64,000 nucleotides of DNA. Source: a virus. Taxonomy: Duplodnaviria; Caudoviricetes. The DNA is taken from the IMG/VR virus record IMGVR_UViG_3300047539_000055. The stretch is one strand, 5' to 3'. The notes beneath the pieces were generated by a model that worked only from the letters and a program-made list of their open reading frames with translations, did no database searches and was not told where the DNA came from. Positions within the stretch are counted from its first letter, which is position 1; each line of letters starts with the position of its first letter. Position numbers and translations under genes: made by a program. This document shows positions 28,593 to 38,292 of this stretch, in pieces.

Positions 28593-29021
28593 ATGACCAA
28601 GCAAAAACTTGAACAAGATCAATGGGGTAGAAACGAAGTTTATCTAGCTGAATATAAAAATGTGTCCTATGGAGGACATTGTATCTTTGCAAGTCTTGAT
28701 GCTGCAATTTTTTATGTAATATCTGGTTTAGGTAATTCGGTTGATTGGTCTAAGTTTCCCGATCCTATCAAAAACTATCCTGATGAAGATAGAAATGGAA
28801 CTAACAAGGATCGCACTCCCATATTCATTGTCAAGCAATTTAATTCCAGGGGAGTTGCAGAAGTTAGCGGTTCTGTTACTAAAACGGCTGTAATGGGTGC
28901 ATGGATTGTGGGCAATGGTATTGCAGAAGCAAGTAAAAAATATTTTGCACAGGCTACTGGCCGTGATGTTGTTGAATTATCAGGGATTGGCGACAAGTTA
29001 CAAGGCAAAGTTGGTAAATAG
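28593..29021 (+). CDS. Hypothetical protein
   Basis: ORF 142 aa. Confidence 0.55.
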   Translation: MTKQKLEQDQWGRNEVYLAEYKNVSYGGHCIFASLDAAIFYVISGLGNSVDWSKFPDPIKNYPDEDRNGTNKDRTPIFIVKQFNSRGVAEVSGSVTKTAVMGAWIVGNGIAEASKKYFAQATGRDVVELSGIGDKLQGKVGK

Positions 29022-29060
29022 TTCTTGCTTTTTTAAATGGAAGTAGTGTATACTAAACAT

Positions 29061-29750
29061 ATGCTAATTAACAAATTTCCATACCAGAAGTTGAATAGAA
29101 AATCAGTGGACGGTATACGACTATATTCCTGCCCAGATGGGTCTAAACTTCCCAGTGTTACGACAATCCTCTCACAAACTGAAGCCAAAGAAAAAACAAT
29201 TGCTTTAGAAAATTGGAGAAAGCGTGTGGGTCACGTCAATGCGGCGGCTATTACCAAAGCAGCAGGGCAGCGCGGAACCAAAATTCATACTTTTCTTGAA
29301 AATTATATGCGTACCGATTCTCTTGGTGAAATAGGTACTAATCCATTTTCAATTGAAAGTCACACAATGGCAAACCATATTGTTGCCAATGGTTTGAAGG
29401 ATGTAACTGAATTTTATGGAACAGAAGTAAATTTGTATTATCCAGAAATGTATGCTGGTGCTACCGATTGTGTTGGCTTGTATAAAAATGAAATTGCCAT
29501 CTGCGATTTCAAACAAACTAATAAACCAAAAAAGAAAGAATGGATTAATGATTATTGCACGCAGCTTGCAGCATATATTCTTGCGCACGATGTGTTATAT
29601 AATACCACTATCAAATATGGAATCATTATGATGTGTGATCCTACACTAACTTATCAGCAATGGGTGTTGGAAGGTGATGAATTAGAAAAGCATAAGGAAA
29701 TATGGTGGAAAAAATTAGACGAGTATTATACTAAAAAATTTGGGGTGTAG
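29061..29750 (+). CDS. PD-(D/E)XK exonuclease (Cas4/MGME1-like)
   Basis: PSVTTIL, RGT.IH, YAGATD, DFKQ, QLAAY; promoter 29025-29054 places ATG at +1. Confidence 0.85.
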   Translation: MLINKFPYQKLNRKSVDGIRLYSCPDGSKLPSVTTILSQTEAKEKTIALENWRKRVGHVNAAAITKAAGQRGTKIHTFLENYMRTDSLGEIGTNPFSIESHTMANHIVANGLKDVTEFYGTEVNLYYPEMYAGATDCVGLYKNEIAICDFKQTNKPKKKEWINDYCTQLAAYILAHDVLYNTTIKYGIIMMCDPTLTYQQWVLEGDELEKHKEIWWKKLDEYYTKKFGV

Positions 29751-29753
29751 CCT

Positions 29754-30176
29754 ATGAATAATCACATTTCTTGGTTGGGAACTCCTGAATCCAGAATCAT
29801 CAGTATTCGGAAATTTAGACAATACATTGACGAGTTGCCGTTTGAAAAGGCCGTTGATTTAACCAGAGAAAATTGGAATTCTGGCCCACGAATAAATAAA
29901 CCACATTTTGATATTGCTAAGGTGGAAGAATGGCCGACTCCTTGGGATTTGTTTAGTCAAAATACATTTTGTGCTAATTCACAAGCGCTTGGATTTTTTT
30001 ATACGCTTGTTCTGAGTGAGCATGGTAAGCAACATGATATCAAACTGGCAATTACTGAAGATATTATTTTCGGTGAACAACCACTTATCATTATGGATAA
30101 TGAACCCATTCAAGATTTGGCCGTATCATGCATGATTGGTCAGAATGACATTAAAAATAAATTAGGAAGGGACTAA
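29754..30176 (+). CDS. Conserved phage hypothetical protein (WPTPWDL)
   Basis: Operonic ORF. Confidence 0.6.
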   Translation: MNNHISWLGTPESRIISIRKFRQYIDELPFEKAVDLTRENWNSGPRINKPHFDIAKVEEWPTPWDLFSQNTFCANSQALGFFYTLVLSEHGKQHDIKLAITEDIIFGEQPLIIMDNEPIQDLAVSCMIGQNDIKNKLGRD

Positions 30177-30475
30177 TGAAAGAATTAGATTTAATATCAG
30201 TAAAGTTAGTAACTGGCGAAGAAATTATTTGTAAATTTGTCAAGCAAGATGTCGTTTGTTGGGTTTTAAAGGATGCGCGAACACTGGTTATGATGCCAGA
30301 TGGATTAGTTCGTTTTGGACAAGTTCTATTCTCAGCAGATAAAGATATGGATATTTTTGTACCAGTCACCGCGATTCTTGTTTATAGTGATTATGTACGA
30401 GCCGAGTTTGCGAATGCTTATAATCAAGCAGTAAGTCCATTATCTTTGCCAACAAAGCAAATTCTCAAGGGATAA
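30176..30475 (+). CDS. Sm-like fold phage protein
   Basis: VKLVTGEEIICK motif. Confidence 0.6.
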   Translation: MKELDLISVKLVTGEEIICKFVKQDVVCWVLKDARTLVMMPDGLVRFGQVLFSADKDMDIFVPVTAILVYSDYVRAEFANAYNQAVSPLSLPTKQILKG

Positions 30476-30493
30476 ACGCCACTAAATACTCAT

Positions 30494-32485
30494 ATGGCAA
30501 ACAGTTTATCAGGATTCCAGATCGTTGCGTCAAATGGATTAGTTAACGGCGAAGGTATTGCTCCACCAAATATTACAGCCAATTTGTCTGCATATCAGAC
30601 TTTTGCTCCCGTAGCAAATTTCAGCAATATTTACGCAACATCAAACACCCTTCCATTTGGATTGACTCTAACTAACGCAAATTTGTTGCAGAGCATCGGC
30701 GCAAATAGTTTTCCTCATGTTTTCGGACAAGTTCCAAATGATTTTTCATCCAATTTAGGGAGTGGCCCACTCTTTTCTATCGCTCCTGCCAGAACAACAG
30801 CATGGTTTGGAAATTCTTCCACTGCTAATGTTTATCTGCAAATTCTTGGACAAGCACAAAATTATGCGGCGACCGCACAAGCTGTGGTTGCATCAGCAGC
30901 ATCCACTCAATGGAGTGGAGGACCGGCCGCAAGCGCGACTGGAGGCTTCTCTTCTTTTGCTGGAAATGATCCAACTGCATTTCAAAATGTTGCAAATGTC
31001 ATTGGACAACTTGGAACTCTTATGGTTCCCACTATTCCACAGAATGGATTCAGCAATGCCGATTGCTTCAATAGAATATTGGAAGCAGGAAACGATACCA
31101 TTGGAAATTTGCATCTTACTTTTTTTGGTAATCCCATTATTGATCCAACTACTGGAAATACTTGGGTGATTGGCAGCGAATTATTTTCTTACATATTAGA
31201 TAATCCTGTTGGACTTTCAGAAAATGATACTTTACAAATTGTTGCACTGAATCCTTTTGATGTAGTGCTTGGACAAGCGGCAGACGCCGCCCTTACACAG
31301 ACTGGAGATTTAGATGCGGTAATTACATTCTTTGGTCTTGGTGCCAATGTTGCTCCACAAGTTTATAAATGGACGGATTGTTTGAATATTCCATTGTTGC
31401 TTGGAACAGCGGTCACACAAACAATAAGCAATGCGTTGAATCTTGGCGTTACACCATTAGATGCTTATCATTTTATCAATGGACTCATAACAAATATTCC
31501 TGGTCTAACAAATCTCAATTCAATGACTGCTCTTGGAACAACAATGAATCAGATTGTTCCATTGACTAATTCTCCTGCTTTATTGGCAATGTCAGCGCCA
31601 GTCTCACAGAGTGATTTTGCAAATGTTCAAGCAACTTTTGGTCCTGGTTCTGGTACGAATGGCAATCCAACAGTTGATGATGTTTTGGGTTCTACAAATT
31701 ACAATCAAGCATTGTCAGATACAATCACTGGTTTGACAGCGTTGACTTCATCATCTCACTATGCAAATATTAGTGCTGATACAACCAAGATTTCTTCGGC
31801 ATTGCACACAAATACTTTCCCTGTTACATTGAGTAATGGTTCATCATATTTGAATATTAACACCTTGGCTGCCGGTGGTTCAACATTGGTAAATCAAAAT
31901 GCTTTGAATCTTGCAAATATTGCTCCCTCACTAACAAATACTTCTCTGTTTACGGCATTCAATGGAATTGCTGAAACACATAATAATAGCGCAAGTTTAA
32001 CAGCACTTGGATCACCGTTTACCAATATTGCTGTATTGCCAATCGTAACAAATGCTCTTGCTGATTTTGATTCTGCGAGTGGATTGATTGGAATGATTCT
32101 CAGCGTCATTCACAAATATTATGGAGCAAGCACAATTACAAAAATTGACAATCCACCACAGCAAGCAATGTTTCAAAAAATTCCAGGTGCGCCGAATTTT
32201 TCACCAACAGCCGTTCTTTCATCATTTCCATCATCGTTGGCATCAATGGCATCTTTGGGAACTCAGATACCAAATGCCAGTGAAATTACAGGTTTGGGCA
32301 ATGTGACAAATTGTATAGATAATACGCTAACTGGGCAAGCATTGAGCGCCACGATCAAAGAGGCGCAAAATGCACAGGCTTTAGTGTCCAACGGTCTTAT
32401 CTCTCAAGCACTTGCGACCAATCCAACCAAATTATTGACTTCTCCGACTGGTCTAAACACAATTGGTGGTGGAATTTTGAAATAA
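30494..32485 (+). CDS. Large virion structural protein
   Basis: TAAATA-N5-ATG; N/S/T/A/G-rich 663 aa. Confidence 0.65.
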   Translation: MANSLSGFQIVASNGLVNGEGIAPPNITANLSAYQTFAPVANFSNIYATSNTLPFGLTLTNANLLQSIGANSFPHVFGQVPNDFSSNLGSGPLFSIAPARTTAWFGNSSTANVYLQILGQAQNYAATAQAVVASAASTQWSGGPAASATGGFSSFAGNDPTAFQNVANVIGQLGTLMVPTIPQNGFSNADCFNRILEAGNDTIGNLHLTFFGNPIIDPTTGNTWVIGSELFSYILDNPVGLSENDTLQIVALNPFDVVLGQAADAALTQTGDLDAVITFFGLGANVAPQVYKWTDCLNIPLLLGTAVTQTISNALNLGVTPLDAYHFINGLITNIPGLTNLNSMTALGTTMNQIVPLTNSPALLAMSAPVSQSDFANVQATFGPGSGTNGNPTVDDVLGSTNYNQALSDTITGLTALTSSSHYANISADTTKISSALHTNTFPVTLSNGSSYLNINTLAAGGSTLVNQNALNLANIAPSLTNTSLFTAFNGIAETHNNSASLTALGSPFTNIAVLPIVTNALADFDSASGLIGMILSVIHKYYGASTITKIDNPPQQAMFQKIPGAPNFSPTAVLSSFPSSLASMASLGTQIPNASEITGLGNVTNCIDNTLTGQALSATIKEAQNAQALVSNGLISQALATNPTKLLTSPTGLNTIGGGILK

Positions 32486-32540
32486 ATGATAAACCAAAAT
32501 CTAATTTGACTTTTACTTCCTAAGCGTGTAAGATAGAAGT

Positions 32541-33050
32541 ATGCTTAGTGAACGAATCAAATCCGCAATAGATTTTGCCATTGTAAAACATCAAGGACAA
32601 TTAGACAAAGCAGGAAAACCATATTTTGGTCATGTTCTGCGTGTTGCTCTTTCTGTTGCATCTCGGCAAGATATTCCAGACGATGATGATTATTTTATCT
32701 CTGCAATTTTACATGATGTAGTAGAAGATGCCAAAGTTTCTTTGGCAGAAATTGAGGAACAATGGGGTAAAGTTGTTGCTGATGCCGTCGATTCTGTTTC
32801 TCGTCAAATAAAACATAAAAGAAAAGAATCGTATATGCAGTTGATTGAACGGGCTAGTCAAAATGAGATTGGCATTGTTGTAAAGATGGCCGATCTTGAA
32901 GATAACAGTAATCCTGAAAGAATTGCCTCGCTCCCGCCAGATAATAGAGATATTGTCAAGCGGTATGATCGTGCCAAGAAATATTTGCTGGAAGTAATTC
33001 GTGTAAAAGAGGAACAGAAAGTTGCAATGTCAATTGACGGCGGTGCATAA
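32541..33050 (+). CDS. Small RelA/SpoT-type HD hydrolase (SAH/Mesh1-like)
   Basis: H.GQ.DK.G.PY..H, AILHDVVED, VK.AD..DN; promoter TTGACT-17-TAAGAT. Confidence 0.85.
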   Translation: MLSERIKSAIDFAIVKHQGQLDKAGKPYFGHVLRVALSVASRQDIPDDDDYFISAILHDVVEDAKVSLAEIEEQWGKVVADAVDSVSRQIKHKRKESYMQLIERASQNEIGIVVKMADLEDNSNPERIASLPPDNRDIVKRYDRAKKYLLEVIRVKEEQKVAMSIDGGA

Positions 33051-33180
33051 TGTATATACCAATTTGGGAAATGATTATGTTTTTCATTCTTGCTTTCATT
33101 GGAGCATGTAGTGTGGAAAACTTTTTCAAAAAGGTTTGGAAAGATTTCAAAAAGGATCAAATAAAGCGAGGTAGGGTATA

Positions 33181-33408
33181 ATGATTATTTTTGTTTTGTG
33201 GTTTTTGGTTTCCGCAATTACTTTTGTTTTGCTTATCAATCAGACGCGGAATAAGCAGTCAATCAGTATTGCTGATATGGTATTGATGTTAGTATTTGCC
33301 ATTTTATTTCCATGTGGTCTTGTTTGCTTAGTTAAATGGGATACTGTTGTTTTCTCTCAAAAAAATTCCGAGTCACCAAAAATTGATACAAACTTTTTGG
33401 GATGGTAA
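33181..33408 (+). CDS. Small membrane protein
   Basis: Two hydrophobic segments. Confidence 0.5.
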   Translation: MIIFVLWFLVSAITFVLLINQTRNKQSISIADMVLMLVFAILFPCGLVCLVKWDTVVFSQKNSESPKIDTNFLGW

Positions 33409-33586
33409 AATGAAAAAAGATTACGGTACTGCATCACACGAAGAAATTATGGCTGGTTATAAAACAGCGACTAAGATTGCCAACACGATCCGCGCAGTCA
33501 AAAATCCAGCGGTGCGTGACATGATCAAGCAAATGATTGCGATGATCAATATTGAGTTGCCAAACTAATATAGAAAAGGATAAAAT

Positions 33587-33802
33587 ATGAGATGTTATAA
33601 ATTTCAACAAGGTGACAATGTTTTGATTCATAGTATTGGACCGGATGGTAAAACATATCGTGCCAGGATTTGTGGACTCGCCCATGATTGGGGCGATGAT
33701 CCTGCTACATCTTACATTGTGGAAATGATTGATTCCATCAGGGATGATTATAAGTTTACACATTGTGTTATGCCAGCCGCGTGTTTGAAGTATGAAAAGT
33801 AA
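33587..33802 (+). CDS. Hypothetical protein (SH3-like)
   Basis: AAAGGA SD. Confidence 0.55.
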   Translation: MRCYKFQQGDNVLIHSIGPDGKTYRARICGLAHDWGDDPATSYIVEMIDSIRDDYKFTHCVMPAACLKYEK

Positions 33803-34109
33803 GAGCGGATACAAACTTCTAAGACTTCGTAAAAATGGAACTATTGGCCCATTGTTCATAAACAAGACAATGATAGTTCCTGTGGGAAAATGGCTAAAAG
33901 CTGAGACATTTCCCACCAAAGGATATGCAGTTAGAAAAGGTTGGCATTGCTGTGTAGAGCCAACCGCTCCGCATTTGACAATGAATGGTAGAGTTTGGTG
34001 TAAAGTTTCAATGCGTGATGTGGTTGAATATACTCGCCCCAAATCGCAGGGTGGTTTGTGGTTACTTGCAAATTATATGAGAGTTGATGAAATTTTGAAA
34101 GGAATATAA
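33792..34109 (+). CDS. Conserved phage hypothetical protein
   Basis: GPLFIN...R.GWHC...P.APHL...SQGG.W. Confidence 0.6.
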   Translation: MKSKSGYKLLRLRKNGTIGPLFINKTMIVPVGKWLKAETFPTKGYAVRKGWHCCVEPTAPHLTMNGRVWCKVSMRDVVEYTRPKSQGGLWLLANYMRVDEILKGI

Positions 34110-34333
34110 TGAAGAAAACTATTGTATGTGTTTTGTTGCTTGGCGTGGGCATTGCCATTGGTCAACAAGTAAAGAAAATTTGGGTGACTCCACAATATCA
34201 AGATGATTATATTCGTGCTTGGTATATGGAAGATAAAGAAACTGGAACTCGCTGTTATTTGGTTCAATCAATTATAGAAGGCGTAGGAGCAAGTAGGCAA
34301 GTAACAATGAATTGTGTACCGAAAGGAAAATAA
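34109..34333 (+). CDS. Small secreted hypothetical protein
   Basis: Signal peptide; D.ETG..CY. Confidence 0.55.
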   Translation: MKKTIVCVLLLGVGIAIGQQVKKIWVTPQYQDDYIRAWYMEDKETGTRCYLVQSIIEGVGASRQVTMNCVPKGK

Positions 34334-34500
34334 AATGGCTGTTGCAAAAATTTCACGAAAAAGATCAAAGATGGATGAAAACGTAGTGACTGGTAGAATG
34401 TCTGCAATCATAGTTGCATTTGGTATACTTGGTTGGATGATTCTTAATGCTTGGACATTATCAGTAAAATTTTAATCGTCCACGGAGTTGTGGAAATAGA

Positions 34501-34530
34501 AAAGACTCCCGTAATTGGGAGTTTTGCTTT
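34501..34530 (+). terminator. Intrinsic terminator
   Basis: AAAGACTCCC-gtaatt-GGGAGTTTT. Confidence 0.65.
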
Positions 34531-34561
34531 ATGAAACCAAATTTGAGATAAATACAACACT

Positions 34562-35020
34562 ATGATTAAAAAATTACAACCGATGATCTTGGGAGTCTTT
34601 TTGTGTTTGACAGGAATATCACTTGCCGAAAAATCTCCTTCCCCCGACCAAAGTTGCCTTGCTCAAGTTATCTATCATGAATCTGGTAATCAAAGTTTAA
34701 TGGGTCAATATGCCGTGGGAGAAGTCATATTAAATCGTGTTCGTGCTGGTGTTGCAGAAACAGTATGTGGTGTTGTTCATCAGCATGTTGGAAAGAGTTG
34801 GCAATTTGGAAGTTTTGTGAATAACAAGAAGCTGATTCCAACATCCCGCCGTAAATATTTTTACGATATCGCTCAACAAGTTCTTGATGGTGATACTGGT
34901 TTCTTTTTGCCATCGAATGTTTTGTATTTCAACAACACTCTATTTGACAAAACTAGGTATAGACTATATGGAAAAATTGGACAGCAATACTTCTTCACCA
35001 GAATCCATCGCAACCGATGA
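34562..35020 (+). CDS. SleB-like cell wall hydrolase (Hydrolase_2)
   Basis: CLA..IYHES, GQ.AV..VILNRV, TVCGVV.Q, QF; late promoter. Confidence 0.85.
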   Translation: MIKKLQPMILGVFLCLTGISLAEKSPSPDQSCLAQVIYHESGNQSLMGQYAVGEVILNRVRAGVAETVCGVVHQHVGKSWQFGSFVNNKKLIPTSRRKYFYDIAQQVLDGDTGFFLPSNVLYFNNTLFDKTRYRLYGKIGQQYFFTRIHRNR

Positions 35021-35249
35021 AGAAAAATATGTGTATCTGATGTTCTGTGGATGGATAGTAAGTCCCGATGGACTTATTTTTCATAAGGAATTTAACGGTC
35101 ATACAACTATTTCAGATGTTTTGTCATATGCTTATAAATGCCAAAAACAATATGATAAGAACGGTTCGTTTTTCGGCAAGGTACAGCAAAAATATCTGGA
35201 AAGTGCTGATCCTATTGAAGATAACATGAATCTCGATATTTATACTTGA
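34968..35249 (+). CDS. TDDEK-family small protein 1
   Basis: TDEEKYVYLMFCGW...LSYAY. Confidence 0.65.
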   Translation: MEKLDSNTSSPESIATDEEKYVYLMFCGWIVSPDGLIFHKEFNGHTTISDVLSYAYKCQKQYDKNGSFFGKVQQKYLESADPIEDNMNLDIYT

Positions 35250-35274
35250 CTTTTATTCAGATTTTTGGTATACT
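35246..35274 (+). promoter_or_regulatory. Early promoter
   Basis: TTGACT-17-TATACT, TTTGGTATACT class. Confidence 0.8.
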
Positions 35275-35297
35275 TGAATTGTAACCGAAAGGACTCA

Positions 35298-35573
35298 ATG
35301 AAAATCGTACACTCTTTGATGGCGTTTATTGCAAACAAGATGCCGCCGCCTGTTCACCCCGCTGATTTGAAGTCAAATATCAATGTGAACGCTATTGCCA
35401 ATGCCCTTGAAAAGACTTCAAAGGTATTGGCAGAATTGCGTCTTGGTGGATCAACTGGTGTTGTCAATGCCGATGCTATTGCCACTTGGGAAATTATTCA
35501 AGCATCTTTGCAACGTAAATGGATGGACGCAATGATTGAAGTAAGCACGAAAGGAAATTTTACCTTTGAATAA
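35298..35573 (+). CDS. Hypothetical protein
   Basis: AAAGGA SD. Confidence 0.6.
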   Translation: MKIVHSLMAFIANKMPPPVHPADLKSNINVNAIANALEKTSKVLAELRLGGSTGVVNADAIATWEIIQASLQRKWMDAMIEVSTKGNFTFE

Positions 35574-35772
35574 AAAAGACAAACAAGAGTTTTATTTGAT
35601 GTTGAGTGGTTGGAGTATGGAGCGTTATAAAGAAATTGGTGGATACTACTACACAATCTATATTCCTCCAGAAAATTCAACATATCGAAAAAGATATAGG
35701 TGGACGACATTTTTAGATAATGCTTATCGCGCACAAAAGAGAGCAGATTTGAGACAGCGAACGAAGGTATAA
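35566..35772 (+). CDS. TDDEK-family small protein 2
   Basis: DKQEFYLMLSGW...LDNAY. Confidence 0.7.
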   Translation: MNKKDKQEFYLMLSGWSMERYKEIGGYYYTIYIPPENSTYRKRYRWTTFLDNAYRAQKRADLRQRTKV

Positions 35773-35957
35773 TGACTAAACAAATCACGAAAGACAAAAA
35801 AGAGTTTTATTTGATGTTGAGTGGTTGGAGTATAGTGCGTTGTCCGAATCATAGTATTTTCTATAATTCACCAGATGGTGGTAGATGGACAACTCTTTTA
35901 GCTAGCGCTTATCGCGCATAAAAGAGAGCAGATTTGAGACAGCGAACGAAGGTATAA
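35772..35957 (+). pseudogene. TDDEK-family member 3 with premature TAA at 35919 (may still give 49-aa core)
   Basis: 3' 60 bp duplicate member 2 except CAA>TAA. Confidence 0.65.
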
Positions 35958-36136
35958 TGACTAAACTTACAAATGACGAAATGGAAATGTATCTTATGTT
36001 TTGTGGATGGCATATCAATCATAAAACATATATAGGACGTGGTATTTCTTGTGATACATATTTTCCGCCAACTGGTAATCTAGGACATTATTCTTTAGAA
36101 GATGCATTTTTAGACCAGAAGAATCGTGATGTGTAA
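35957..36136 (+). CDS. TDDEK-family small protein 4 (59 aa, below ORF-track cutoff)
   Basis: MTKLTNDEMEMYLMFCGW...LEDAF. Confidence 0.75.
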   Translation: MTKLTNDEMEMYLMFCGWHINHKTYIGRGISCDTYFPPTGNLGHYSLEDAFLDQKNRDV

Positions 36137-36305
36137 AATTACTGACGACGAAAAACGAATGTATCTAATGTTTCATGGATGGCATATGGAAGAAAATTTG
36201 CCTCGGCGCGGTGAACTGTGGGGGAACGATGAACGTAATCTTTTTTATTATTTGTTGAAAAACGCATATCTTGTAGTGAGGCTGGAAAATGGCTATACTG
36301 ACTGA
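36129..36305 (+). CDS. TDDEK-family small protein 5 (58 aa)
   Basis: MCKITDDEKRMYLMFHGW...LKNAY. Confidence 0.75.
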   Translation: MCKITDDEKRMYLMFHGWHMEENLPRRGELWGNDERNLFYYLLKNAYLVVRLENGYTD

Positions 36306-36474
36306 CGACGAAAAAAGAATGTATCTTATGTTTCACGCATGGAAAAGGCGTGAAATCACATCCATGCGGGAAGCATGGATTCGTGAAGATGAAGACAGTT
36401 TCTATTATTCGTTGGAAGATGCATATCGTTTTGTAAGACGGGGAGAATGGTTATCAAATGGCTACACCGACTAA
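36289..36474 (+). CDS. TDDEK-family small protein 6
   Basis: LTDDEKRMYLMFHAW...LEDAY. Confidence 0.75.
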   Translation: MAILTDDEKRMYLMFHAWKRREITSMREAWIREDEDSFYYSLEDAYRFVRRGEWLSNGYTD

Positions 36475-36631
36475 CGACGAAAAACGAATGTATCTGATGT
36501 TTCATGGATGGACACGCTCAAAAGGATCAATAGATGATATTTATGAAATATGGTCTAATGGTGAACGTGCCTTTTATTTTTTGAAGGATGCATATAATTG
36601 TGTAAGGGATAAAGATGGTCAAATCAACTGA
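36458..36631 (+). CDS. TDDEK-family small protein 7 (57 aa)
   Basis: PTNDEKRMYLMFHGW...LKDAY. Confidence 0.75.
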   Translation: MATPTNDEKRMYLMFHGWTRSKGSIDDIYEIWSNGERAFYFLKDAYNCVRDKDGQIN

Positions 36632-36785
36632 CGACGAAAAACGAATGTATCTAATGTTTCATGGGTGGACACATGCACAAGGATCATCTGATGATTATGA
36701 GGTATGGATTAGTTGTACAGGTGGCGCTTATTTTTTGAAGGATGCGTATAATACTGTAAGGGAAGAACATGGCCAATTTGACTAA
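36615..36785 (+). CDS. TDDEK-family small protein 8 (56 aa)
   Basis: STDDEKRMYLMFHGW...LKDAY. Confidence 0.75.
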   Translation: MVKSTDDEKRMYLMFHGWTHAQGSSDDYEVWISCTGGAYFLKDAYNTVREEHGQFD

Positions 36786-36981
36786 AGACGCAAAAGAAAT
36801 GTATTTGAAGTTGCATAATTGGACTATTGATTATGCTACCGATCCAGATATTGCTTGTTATACGCCACCTTTTATAAACTATGATGATTTTGAACAGCGC
36901 TTGATATTGACTTACAATTTGGATAAAGCGCTGGCATATCAAAGAAAGATTGATAGGTTTAGAAATGGCCAAACTAACTAA
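36769..36981 (+). CDS. TDDEK-family small protein 9
   Basis: LTKDAKEMYLKLHNW...LDKAL. Confidence 0.75.
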   Translation: MANLTKDAKEMYLKLHNWTIDYATDPDIACYTPPFINYDDFEQRLILTYNLDKALAYQRKIDRFRNGQTN

Positions 36982-37186
36982 CATCGAAAAGGAAATGTAT
37001 CTCAAACTTTTTTCAAGTTGGAAGAGTCAAGAGGCCGAGTGGGATGGAAACACCGATTCTGGACAGCCACAGTATATTGTTGGAAATATGTATTGGTGTC
37101 ATGAAGATGATGATGGGTGGTTACCTAAGTCGTGGCTTACAACTGATGAAGCTTTTGATAGACAGAGAGAGTTAGAAAAATGGTAA
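36965..37186 (+). CDS. TDDEK-family small protein 10
   Basis: LTNIEKEMYLKLFSSW...TDEAF. Confidence 0.75.
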   Translation: MAKLTNIEKEMYLKLFSSWKSQEAEWDGNTDSGQPQYIVGNMYWCHEDDDGWLPKSWLTTDEAFDRQRELEKW

Positions 37187-37392
37187 AAATAACCGATGAA
37201 GAAAAATCCGTGTATCTAATATTCTGTGGATGGAAATCTGTGATTGCAAGTTTCCGCAACGACAACTATATAGGTGGTGTTCGTTATTGGAATTTGGAGG
37301 AAGCATTTGACGTGAAGTTTCTTCCGTGGTTAACCATAGAAAAAGCTTTCCGAAAGCAGAAGAGTTGGGACAATGGAACATCAATTAAGTAA
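37180..37392 (+). CDS. TDDEK-family small protein 11
   Basis: ITDEEKSVYLIFCGW...IEKAF. Confidence 0.75.
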   Translation: MVKITDEEKSVYLIFCGWKSVIASFRNDNYIGGVRYWNLEEAFDVKFLPWLTIEKAFRKQKSWDNGTSIK

Positions 37393-37570
37393 TGACGAAA
37401 AAGAAATGTATCTAATGTTGACTGGTTGGACTACAGAAATGTATGGTAATGATCGTTGGTGGAATCCACCAATAGGATCACCAATTTTAAGAAAACTCCT
37501 ATCAACAAAACTCATTGATAATGCTGTGGGATATCAAAAGAGGGAAGATGGACTCGAATCATATAACTGA
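37373..37570 (+). CDS. TDDEK-family small protein 12
   Basis: LSNDEKEMYLMLTGW...IDNAV. Confidence 0.75.
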   Translation: MEHQLSNDEKEMYLMLTGWTTEMYGNDRWWNPPIGSPILRKLLSTKLIDNAVGYQKREDGLESYN

Positions 37571-37718
37571 TGATGAAAAGAAAATGTATATTATGCTACA
37601 TGGGTGGAGAATCATACCAAAGTATGATGGTTATAGAACAGCATATCTTCAACAAAATAATGGAACTTATAATCTTGATGAGGCATACGATGAAGTCAAA
37701 CACAAAAAAATTGACTGA
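37548..37718 (+). CDS. TDDEK-family small protein 13
   Basis: ITDDEKKMYIMLHGW...LDEAY. Confidence 0.75.
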   Translation: MDSNHITDDEKKMYIMLHGWRIIPKYDGYRTAYLQQNNGTYNLDEAYDEVKHKKID

Positions 37719-37893
37719 TGAAGAAATGGAAATGTATATGCGATTTCTTCCAGATTGGAAAAGTGTAATTGCCGATCATGATGATGTTAGATATAATTAT
37801 GTAAAAGGCTGTCGATATTGGAATAATGGGAATAGATTATTTGATTGGTATTCTTTAGCAACGGCTTTTGAATTGGCAAGGTATAAAAAATGA
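37690..37893 (+). CDS. TDDEK-family small protein 14
   Basis: LTDEEMEMYMRFLPDW...LATAF. Confidence 0.7.
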   Translation: MKSNTKKLTDEEMEMYMRFLPDWKSVIADHDDVRYNYVKGCRYWNNGNRLFDWYSLATAFELARYKK

Positions 37894-38084
37894 CAGATGA
37901 TGAAAAAGAGTTTTATCTGATGCTTTGTGGATGGGAAAGTGAGATTGCAATAAAAAACGCTTCGAAAAAATATTACATAACGGGAGTTCGTTATTGGACT
38001 ATCAATAATATGTGTCCGTGGTTATCCATAGAAAAAGCGTTTCGATATCAGAAGGAGTTAGATTGTGGAAATAACAAAAGATGA
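37890..38084 (+). CDS. TDDEK-family small protein 15
   Basis: MTDDEKEFYLMLCGW...IEKAF. Confidence 0.75.
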   Translation: MTDDEKEFYLMLCGWESEIAIKNASKKYYITGVRYWTINNMCPWLSIEKAFRYQKELDCGNNKR

Positions 38085-38292
38085 AAAGGAATTCTTTTTG
38101 ATGTTGCATGATCTTGAAAGTTGTGTTCTCACTGTTGATCCAAATAGATTTCCAGGTTATGATTCAAAATTTATTCAAGGTGAAAAGTATTGGTTGAATC
38201 CTGTTCTTGATCATACATTGGAGTTGAGATTACAAGATAGATGGCTTAGTACTGATGAAGCATATTGGTTGATGACAAATGATAAGCAATGA
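38065..38292 (+). CDS. TDDEK-family small protein 16
   Basis: ITKDEKEFFLMLHDL...TDEAY. Confidence 0.7.
   Translation: MEITKDEKEFFLMLHDLESCVLTVDPNRFPGYDSKFIQGEKYWLNPVLDHTLELRLQDRWLSTDEAYWLMTNDKQ

Noticed and set aside
29061-29750. Cas4 of a CRISPR system
   Set aside because: No Fe-S cysteine cluster pattern, cas neighbours or array; typical stand-alone phage exonuclease
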